Source: Desulfomonilia bacterium
GTDB lineage: Bacteria; Desulfobacterota; Desulfomonilia; UBA1062
DNA length: 64,000 bases
Reading direction: 5' to 3'
NCBI GenBank assembly: GCA_050014195.1
Contig: JBEKDT010000008.1
Coordinates: forward strand, 32,001-96,000
Both the position numbers and the translations under genes were made by a program. Positions 56,898 through 64,000 of this stretch are shown piece after piece (position 1 is the stretch's first letter; each line of letters begins with the position of its first letter). The notes beneath the pieces were generated by a model. The model ran no database searches. It was not told where the DNA came from and was given only the letters and a program-made list of their open reading frames with translations.

Positions 56898-58635
56898 CCT
56901 CATTTCCAGCATCCCCGGATACATGATCCAGATCATTTCAACCAAGATCCTGGGGGTCTCGTCAGACCAGAGGGCCCTGGCCGAGGGGCTTGCCGACACG
57001 GAGTGGCTTAAGAAGGTCCTTGGCGGGCTGACGGAAAGGCAGCGCGATCTGTTGATGGATCTGTATAACCTCGGTGAGCATATTACCTGGGACGTGCTCG
57101 GGAGGATTTATGGGAGCGGCCTCGATGAGCTGAGGTCGGACCTGGAAGAGCTCGGCATACGCGGCCTGGTCTTCCAGGGCGGACTCACCGGCCGGGACCC
57201 GGTGATCCTTTTGCCCTCGTTGGGCTCGATCCTTGAAACCCTCAAGGCAAGACATTTCACGGAAATCAAGGAGAGGATCTGGAAAGACCCCAGCAAGCTG
57301 AGCCTCTGGGGCCATATAACCATGATCAATGCCCTGCGCGTAGGCAAGATCCGGTGCAAGGCAGGCCTTGAGCCCTTCAAGAAGGGTTGGGAGTATCTCG
57401 ATGAGAGGCTCTCGGCCGTGCTCGATGTGAAAAAGATCTACTCGGAGCTTGTGGAACTCGGGTGCCTGAAGGAAAAAAGCGGCACGGCCACCCCTGTCCA
57501 GAGATCCATCACGAGCCTTGCCCTTGAAGGTGACGCCCGTTACAACCTGTGGTGTTTCTGCCAGTCGTGCAAGCCTTTTCCGGGTCTCGACTATCAGGTA
57601 TTTATGACGGTGGGGGAGAAGGGCATCCAGAAAGATTTTCTTAAAAGATCGCTCATGCTGTGGACCGCAAGCAGAGACGATGTCGTGGATGATGCAAGTG
57701 CCGTGGTTGATTTTCTTTTGCACCTCTGGCTTGAACTCGGGGTGCTCCGGGAAGATGTGACAGGGTCGTGGATTCGCATGGCGGATGGGGTGTTCAGGGC
57801 ATTGAAGACAGGCAAGACCGATGCGGCCGTGCACCCGTATTCGGAGGAGGCCATCATCCAGCCCACCATGGAGATCCTTGTCCCGGGGGACTTCGATACG
57901 GTTGACCTGCTCAACATAGGAGAGGTTGCGGACCTCATGCAGGCCGATGTCGTGAGCATCTATCGGATCAGCAGGGAGTCGGTATTCCGGGCCTTGCAGG
58001 AAGGCTGGAACATCGAGAAGATCCTCAATTTCCTCGACAGGATCTCCCGTCATGCCCTGCCGGAGAACGTCCGCATGAACATTATCGGGTGGGCAAAGGC
58101 CCATGCCGAGGCACATATCATCAAAGGAACGTTCCTGGTGTTCGATGGAGAAAAGGCAAGCCTGCCGAAAGGGCTCGAAGAGGTTTTGCCCGGGATCTTC
58201 CGCCTTCCCGAGCGGTGCGAGGAGGAGATTTCATCATTCCTGGAGAAGAAAGGGGTCATGACCAGGAGCGCGGATGGGCCCCGTGAGGGAGACGGCGACA
58301 TCGACTGGGGCAAGCCGCTGCCTTTGAAACCGCCGCAGCGCATCCCTCCAAAGGCCTCCCACAAGGAAGGGGTGTATCCCTTCGGCATGGTCATGCCTTT
58401 GCCGTACGGACCGAGGAGGGAGGTCCTCTTCGAAGAGGCGCTTCATGAGAGCAAGGCCCTGATCATCTTCTATCCCCGGCAAGGCTACGGCGAGATCCAG
58501 GCCAGGAAGATCAGCCCGCTTTCCATCTTCCGGAGGGGCGGCATGCCCTTCATGGAGGCCTTCTGCGATGACACCGGCGAAGGAGAGGTCTTCGACATCA
58601 GCAAGGTGAGGGCCATATTCCGGCAGCAGCTATGA
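56881..58635 (+). CDS. XPB-associated protein with a Helicase_C_3-like domain and C-terminal WYL-like domain
   Basis: IIQPTMEIL...YRISRESV.RAL.EG.....I..FL...SRH.LPENV...I..W; C-terminal ALHESKALIIFY...RKISP......MEAFC......F.ISKV; overlaps the helicase stop. Confidence 0.8.
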   Translation: MTSTHDLISSIPGYMIQIISTKILGVSSDQRALAEGLADTEWLKKVLGGLTERQRDLLMDLYNLGEHITWDVLGRIYGSGLDELRSDLEELGIRGLVFQGGLTGRDPVILLPSLGSILETLKARHFTEIKERIWKDPSKLSLWGHITMINALRVGKIRCKAGLEPFKKGWEYLDERLSAVLDVKKIYSELVELGCLKEKSGTATPVQRSITSLALEGDARYNLWCFCQSCKPFPGLDYQVFMTVGEKGIQKDFLKRSLMLWTASRDDVVDDASAVVDFLLHLWLELGVLREDVTGSWIRMADGVFRALKTGKTDAAVHPYSEEAIIQPTMEILVPGDFDTVDLLNIGEVADLMQADVVSIYRISRESVFRALQEGWNIEKILNFLDRISRHALPENVRMNIIGWAKAHAEAHIIKGTFLVFDGEKASLPKGLEEVLPGIFRLPERCEEEISSFLEKKGVMTRSADGPREGDGDIDWGKPLPLKPPQRIPPKASHKEGVYPFGMVMPLPYGPRREVLFEEALHESKALIIFYPRQGYGEIQARKISPLSIFRRGGMPFMEAFCDDTGEGEVFDISKVRAIFRQQL

Positions 58636-58652
58636 ACGTTCCGGGCCGTTCG

Positions 58653-59960
58653 CTACTCCATGTTTTGCGGCCCCTTTTTCATCATGTCCTTCATCATCTT
58701 AAGCTCATCTACCGTATCCTTGGGGAGGTCTTTGGCCTTCAACGCCTCATCGATGTGGTAGATGCAGGCTTTTGAGTTCTCGGTCCGGTAGAAGTATCGG
58801 GCAAATGACACGTGGGCAAGTGCGGGTTTATTCGTCTTCTCGTAAAGGGTTCCCAGTGTGTAATCCACCCGCACGCTCTGGGACTGTAAGGGCAGGAGTG
58901 TCTTGATGGCCTCATCAAGCTGGTTACGGCCTTGGAGGATCTCCGCCAATGCGACCATGCCGATGGGCGATTTTGCATAATCTTTTAAAAAAGCATAGGC
59001 CTCGGCATTTTTTCCGATAGCATAGAGGTTAAGGCCGCGGTATTCATAGGCAAGGGGCAGATCGACACCCTGGAGCAGCTTGAGCGCCTGGGAATTTTTC
59101 CCGATCCGGGTCTGCATCAGGCCCAGCGCAAGCGACTTGTACGGCTCGGGGATGTGGTTCGAACGGGTATTGACCTCGCTCTCGGTCAGGCTCAGGCCCA
59201 CTACGCTTGCATAGAGCATCCAATAATTATTATCAGGGGCAGGCTTCCCCGAGTCTTCCTTCATATTCATAATCCGGTTTTCCGTATACGGGTGGGTGAG
59301 GAGATATTCCGGGATATCGGAAAACCCGTAGAATGTGCGGAGCCTGATGAGAAATCGGGGCATTCCCGATGGGTCCACGCCCGAAGCAATGTTGATCTCC
59401 TTGCTGAAATTATCTGCAGCGTATTCATGCTCTCTGGAATACGCAAGCCTGATATTCTCGCTGCCCCCTACCGACGAGAGAACCATCGCTGCGCCTGCCT
59501 CGGGGTTTTTTGACGACAGGAGGGTACCGGCAAGGACCCCGAGAATCGTTGCGGCGGTGATCTTTTTCGAGGATGCAACATCTTCGGAATAATGCCGCAA
59601 CTGACAGTGACCCATCTCGTGGCCGATAACCGCCGAGAGTTCATCCAGGTCCTGAATGAAGAGCAGCAGGCCCAGGTTTATGAAGATATCCCCGTCAGGG
59701 ATGCTGAAGGCGTTCACCGAGCGGTCTTTGACGACATATACCTTAAATGTATACACCGGTTCCTTGATATGGTTGGCCAGGCGGTCCGTAATCTGCTGGA
59801 CGGTCCAGGTGATTGCCTGGTCGTGGATGATGAGGTTGTTGGCCTCCAGCAGATTGACGAAGTCGCGCGCCGTTTTCTTTTCGTCCCCATAGCCTGTGGC
59901 ATGAGCCATACCCAGCGGGGCCGTCATGAAGATCAGAAGGGCGATCAAGATCCTTTTCAT
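58653..59960 (-). CDS. M48-family metalloprotease with TPR-like tail (BepA/YfgC-like)
   Basis: VNAFSIPDG.I, ELSAVIGHEMGH, YSREHEYAAD, YLLTHP..ENRI; signal peptide. Confidence 0.9.
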   Translation of the reverse strand: MKRILIALLIFMTAPLGMAHATGYGDEKKTARDFVNLLEANNLIIHDQAITWTVQQITDRLANHIKEPVYTFKVYVVKDRSVNAFSIPDGDIFINLGLLLFIQDLDELSAVIGHEMGHCQLRHYSEDVASSKKITAATILGVLAGTLLSSKNPEAGAAMVLSSVGGSENIRLAYSREHEYAADNFSKEINIASGVDPSGMPRFLIRLRTFYGFSDIPEYLLTHPYTENRIMNMKEDSGKPAPDNNYWMLYASVVGLSLTESEVNTRSNHIPEPYKSLALGLMQTRIGKNSQALKLLQGVDLPLAYEYRGLNLYAIGKNAEAYAFLKDYAKSPIGMVALAEILQGRNQLDEAIKTLLPLQSQSVRVDYTLGTLYEKTNKPALAHVSFARYFYRTENSKACIYHIDEALKAKDLPKDTVDELKMMKDMMKKGPQNME

Positions 59961-60133
59961 ATTAGGCTTCTTAGGCTTCCCATATGCCTATGTCGGGAGG
60001 TTTTCAAGGATTTCTTTGAGGTCTTTTTTGCCGAGGTGATGAAGCCCCAAAGGCATATCATCAACCCAAGAATTTTGATTACAATAGAGTAATCTCCCGT
60101 ACGAAACTGTACGTCAGGATTATACCCTAAACT

Positions 60134-60182
60134 TATCAACATATTGATTTCAAATAAGAAATTAACTTGGTCTGCATATTGC
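60134..60182 (+). promoter_or_regulatory. Putative sigma54 promoter with IHF site
   Basis: TATCAACATATTG at 60134-60146 (IHF consensus); TGGTCTGCATATTGC at 60168-60182 (GG-N10-GC). Confidence 0.65.
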
Positions 60183-60223
60183 CTGCAATAGTCCCAGCAA
60201 TGGAACTACTGGAGGTAGCCCCT

Positions 60224-62761
60224 ATGAGAAACATTCGAAACATCTTCTTCCTGATAGTAGTATTTCTAGCCTTCTTCCCGGATACGGGTATTGCTACTTC
60301 CCTGCAGGTTACCTGGAATGCAAATACAACAGATACGGACCTTGCCGGTTACAAGATATATTGGGGTACGGCGTCAAACACCTATGGCACGCCAAGTGTT
60401 ACCAGTGGGACGACTTATGACATTTCAAGCGTGCAGGCCGGGACCACCTACTATGTGGCAGTGAGCGCCTACGATACATCAGGAAATGAATCGGCAAAAT
60501 CCACGGAACAGAGCGTAACTGTCCCAGCATCGGACACCACACCTCCTTCGGGGACCATTGTCATTAATTCTGGTGCCGCTTCCACCACTTCCACTTCCGT
60601 GACGCTGACCCTGAGTGCCACCGATGCAAGCGGTACGGTAACGGGGATGATGTTCAGCAACGATGGAACGACATACTCCAGTGAAGTCACTTATGCCACA
60701 AGCTATTCATGGACCCTCTCCAGCGGCGTGGGTACCAAGACCGTGTACGCAAAATTCAAGGACAACTCGGGAAATTGGATGACTTCTCCGGCAACTGCAA
60801 CGATTCAACTCGTAGCACCTACGGACACCACCCCCCCCACAGGGAGTTTAGTGATCAACGGTGGTGCTTCCACTACTACCTCTACAACAGTTACCCTTAC
60901 CTTGAGCGCCTCCGATTCAAGCGGTACGGTAACAGGCATGAAGTTCAGCAACGATGGAACGACATACTCCAGTGAGGTCACATTCGCCACAAGTTATCCA
61001 TGGACGCTCTCAAGCGGTTACGGCACCAAGACGGTCTATGCCCTTTTCAAGGATAACTCAGGCAACTGGATGACATCCCCTGCCACCGACACCATACAAT
61101 ATGTAAGCTCCTTGCCGGTGGCCAATGCAGGGACCAATCAGACTCTTGATCCGCAGGACGTGATTCTTGACGGCTCTGCCTCATACGACCCGGGTGGTCA
61201 GACCCTTCAGTACCTCTGGACACAGGTGGGCACCTCCCCCACCACGGTCACGATCAATACCCCGACATCGCAAAAGGCGGACTTTGTAGGGATCAAGGAA
61301 GGTACGTACCAGTTCAAACTGACCTGTACCAATTCGGCAGGCTCATCTTCTGCCACGGTAAGTGTGACGATCAATAATGTTGCCCCAAGCGTGAGTGCCG
61401 GCAGCAATATGACCATCGATGCCGGTACCCAGATTACGCTCCATGCAACCGGTGCGGACTCGAACCAGGATCCTCTCACCTACAAATGGAGCGAAGTATC
61501 GGGCCCGAGTGTGTCCATACCGAGCATGGCCCAGCAGAACATCACCTTTACCCCGACAAATGCCGGTTCGTACATATTCTCCGTGCAGTGCTGCGATGGC
61601 GTCAATTACAGTGCTGCATCCCAGGTCACCGTCACGGTCAATAAGGTCAACCATGCACCTACTGCCAATGCAGGAGTAGAACAAGATGTAGACAAGGGCG
61701 TCACCGTGACCCTTGACGGGACCGGCTCCACCGACCCCGACGGCGACACCCTGACCTACTCCTGGACCGAGGCATCATCCGATCCGGTGAAGGTCACACT
61801 CAGCGGAGCCAGCACCGCAAAGCCCACGTTCGTGGCGAGTACGGTCGGCACCTTCAATTTCAATCTCATTGTTAATGACGGTACGGTCAATTCAACGCCT
61901 TCCAGTGTAGTTGTCAAGGTCGTGTATCTGAATCATCCGCCAGTTGCCAATGCAGGTCCGGATATGCACACCGATGTGGGTTTCGACGTTGTGCTCGACG
62001 CCTCCGGCTCTTATGATCCCGATCTCGACGGGCTCACCTTCACCTGGACCCAGGTTTCCGGGGCCCCGGTGGTGATCCAGAACGCGAATACGATGAACCA
62101 GGCGTTCTTTACGCCAACGACCGCCGGCGTCGATGTGTTCATGGTTACCGTTTCAGATGGGCAGCTATCATCTACGGCCACGGTGACCGTGACCGTGAGC
62201 AACCTGCCTGTTGCCAATGCAGGCAGCAGCATCGTAGCCACCCTCGGCAAGACAGTCACCCTTGACGGCAGCGCCAGCTATGACCCGGCTGGGACGGCCA
62301 TCTCCTACATCTGGGCACAGACCAGCGGCACCCAGCTGTCCCAGAGCAATCCCAACACCGTAAAGCCGTCTTTTACGGCAAGCCAGGCAGGCGTGTATGT
62401 GTTCCAACTGAAGGTCTATGACGGCATAGGCACCAGCAGCCCTTCGAGTGTGACCGTGACGGTCCAGTCCGCTGCCAACCAGATCACCCTGGTCTCTCCG
62501 GCCAATGGAACAGTATGCTCCACAAGTCCGAATCTCACCTGGGCAGGCAGCGGGTTCGATAGCTATACCGCCTATATTTCCATCAATGGCGGCAAGAGTT
62601 ACACCAGGGTCTATTCGGGCAGCGGAACCTCGACCACGTTGCATGCGGTCCTGTGGCAATGGTTCATCCCTTCCGGGACCACCATTACCTGGTATGTGCA
62701 GGGAACTACTACGAGCGGCCAGGTTGTTACGAGCACAACCAGTACATTTATCAGAAAATGA
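60224..62761 (+). CDS. Secreted Thr/Ser-rich protein with FN3, two Ig-like repeats and five PKD/REJ-like domains
   Basis: GGAGG RBS and signal peptide; DLAGYKIYWG..TYYVAVSAYDTSGNES (FN3); two DTTPP.G..VIN.GA repeats; five P.ANAG..LDGS.S.DP..W.Q-type repeats. Confidence 0.9.
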   Translation: MRNIRNIFFLIVVFLAFFPDTGIATSLQVTWNANTTDTDLAGYKIYWGTASNTYGTPSVTSGTTYDISSVQAGTTYYVAVSAYDTSGNESAKSTEQSVTVPASDTTPPSGTIVINSGAASTTSTSVTLTLSATDASGTVTGMMFSNDGTTYSSEVTYATSYSWTLSSGVGTKTVYAKFKDNSGNWMTSPATATIQLVAPTDTTPPTGSLVINGGASTTTSTTVTLTLSASDSSGTVTGMKFSNDGTTYSSEVTFATSYPWTLSSGYGTKTVYALFKDNSGNWMTSPATDTIQYVSSLPVANAGTNQTLDPQDVILDGSASYDPGGQTLQYLWTQVGTSPTTVTINTPTSQKADFVGIKEGTYQFKLTCTNSAGSSSATVSVTINNVAPSVSAGSNMTIDAGTQITLHATGADSNQDPLTYKWSEVSGPSVSIPSMAQQNITFTPTNAGSYIFSVQCCDGVNYSAASQVTVTVNKVNHAPTANAGVEQDVDKGVTVTLDGTGSTDPDGDTLTYSWTEASSDPVKVTLSGASTAKPTFVASTVGTFNFNLIVNDGTVNSTPSSVVVKVVYLNHPPVANAGPDMHTDVGFDVVLDASGSYDPDLDGLTFTWTQVSGAPVVIQNANTMNQAFFTPTTAGVDVFMVTVSDGQLSSTATVTVTVSNLPVANAGSSIVATLGKTVTLDGSASYDPAGTAISYIWAQTSGTQLSQSNPNTVKPSFTASQAGVYVFQLKVYDGIGTSSPSSVTVTVQSAANQITLVSPANGTVCSTSPNLTWAGSGFDSYTAYISINGGKSYTRVYSGSGTSTTLHAVLWQWFIPSGTTITWYVQGTTTSGQVVTSTTSTFIRK

Positions 62762-62787
62762 GGATGCCTGTGGCTGACCCCACATGG

Positions 62788-62820
62788 GGGGATGGGCGAA
62801 TGCCCATCCCCTTTTTATTT
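62788..62820 (+). terminator. Intrinsic terminator
   Basis: GGGGATGGGC-gaat-GCCCATCCCC-TTTTTATTT. Confidence 0.88.
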
Positions 62821-62905
62821 GGAATGATAAACTTCGGAAGTGATGAGTGTCATGTCATTTCAGGTTTAGTCACTTATTGTGTATTACTTCTTCACGAACG
62901 GATCA

Positions 62906-63808
62906 CTACCCTGCCAACTGGCTCAGCCTGATGAACAGCTCAGTAGCGGCAATCCTTAAATTGATATTTTCGTTCACGCCTCTCCGCATGGCGCTGATGA
63001 GGGCGGTAATGTTCTCGATCTCTTCCATGTCCGCATACCTTATGGGTATCTGCCGCAGAGACTCGTTCATCACTTTATCGCAGCCGAGGCGAAGCGCCAT
63101 GATATCCCTGATGATGGACTCAACAGCCACGAGCACCTCAGGCAGCACATCCCAGCCTTCAGAATCGAAATATTTTTTTGCCAGCAATGCCGGATTGCTG
63201 CCTCCAAGCAGTGCGATGATCTCATGGTGCAAGGCATGGGACTCACCGATTTCCTGATGTCCGTCACCTGTTTGCAGGGCACCACTTCCATCCCGGGAAA
63301 GATCAACATCCTCATCCTCACTGAAACGGATGAGCTGGCAGCGTGAGACGATGGTGGGCAGTAAGAGCTTCGGCCTATGGCTGATAAGGAAGATCACTGT
63401 GCTGGAAGGCGGCTCTTCAAGGGTTTTGAGAAGGGCATTGGCGCTTTCTGTGTTCAGGTGCTCTGCCGGCTCGACAATGATACACTTCATGCGCGCTTCA
63501 AAGGGCTTCAAGCCAACGTCTACAAGGACTTCCCTCACATCATCCACCTTGATCCACCTGGTGAGAGGATTCAACTCGGTAAGGTCAGGATGATAGCCCG
63601 CCATTACCTTAAGGCAGCTCCTGCACTTATCACACGCATCCCCGTTGTCTTCCAGGCAATTCAGGGCCTTGAAGAACTCCTTGGCCATCCGGGTCTTGCC
63701 AAGGCCGAAGGCGCCTGCAAACAGGAATGCATGGGGGACCTTGCCGGATAGGCAGTAGGATCTCATCAAATCGATAATCTTGCTGTGGCCCGTTATGTCT
63801 TTCCACAT
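62906..63808 (-). CDS. holB: DNA polymerase III subunit delta'
   Basis: PHAFLFAG..GLGK, LNC..CDKCRSC Zn motif, HPD, SANALLKTLEEPP, LLPTIVSRCQ. Confidence 0.93.
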   Translation of the reverse strand: MWKDITGHSKIIDLMRSYCLSGKVPHAFLFAGAFGLGKTRMAKEFFKALNCLEDNGDACDKCRSCLKVMAGYHPDLTELNPLTRWIKVDDVREVLVDVGLKPFEARMKCIIVEPAEHLNTESANALLKTLEEPPSSTVIFLISHRPKLLLPTIVSRCQLIRFSEDEDVDLSRDGSGALQTGDGHQEIGESHALHHEIIALLGGSNPALLAKKYFDSEGWDVLPEVLVAVESIIRDIMALRLGCDKVMNESLRQIPIRYADMEEIENITALISAMRRGVNENINLRIAATELFIRLSQLAG

Positions 63809-63836
63809 GAAGCTATTCCACCATAAATTGATGAAA

Positions 63837-63950
63837 GTTTTAAGTGGTAAGTTTTAAGTTGCAGGATCTAATGCAAAAGACCAGTGTGAGTACCTTGATT
63901 CAGAATCAATTTTAACACTTAAAACCTCAAACTTAAAACCTCCTAACTTA
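63837..63950. repeat. Inverted heptamer arrays upstream of holB
   Basis: GTTTTAA GTGGTAA GTTTTAA (63837-63860) faces TTAACAC TTAAAAC CTCAAAC TTAAAAC (63912-63939). Confidence 0.65.
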
Positions 63951-64000
63951 TACGCCATGAGATCCCTTTGCATATTCATTTATTCTCCCTCTTGATAACC

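Overview
Chromosomal window from a bacterium whose gene content suggests a Deltaproteobacteria/Desulfobacterota-type anaerobe (inference only). It starts at the end of the atp operon (atpD, atpC) and a tRNA-Arg(ACG) gene. That tRNA carries a complete ~7.3 kb phage-satellite/PICI-like element (1118-8459). The element has 43-bp att repeats, paired arm-type sites, a tyrosine integrase, a C4-like RNA hairpin, an AlpA/Xis protein, a Rep-like gene with iterons, a TerS-like HTH protein, and cargo (XRE + ImmA/IrrE pair, a secreted repeat protein, a Sel1 protein). A mosaic accessory region follows (~8.5-35 kb). It contains the arm of a probable second, older island, a umuD fragment, and sigma54-driven small membrane genes including two convergent AtpZ/AtpI-like ORFs. 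It also holds a chemotaxis cluster without cheB, a tetraheme cytochrome/Fe-S/NrfD module facing a Cyc2-like cytochrome-porin plus monoheme cytochrome, a C1 peptidase with Ig-like repeats, and a PAP2 gene that appears to start at ACG. The rest has three acyl-CoA synthetases, a two-component pair, hisF, an acyl-CoA dehydrogenase, glycosyltransferases, an HgdC/HgdAB-like radical dehydratase trio, an XPB helicase with a WYL-domain partner, a BepA-like protease, an FN3/PKD surface protein and holB. The best candidate for an undescribed system is the Cyc2 + cytochrome c + NrfCD-type electron conduit (21930-26523). The satellite and the sigma54/AtpZ small-protein locus come next. All calls come from reading motifs by eye; no database search was run.
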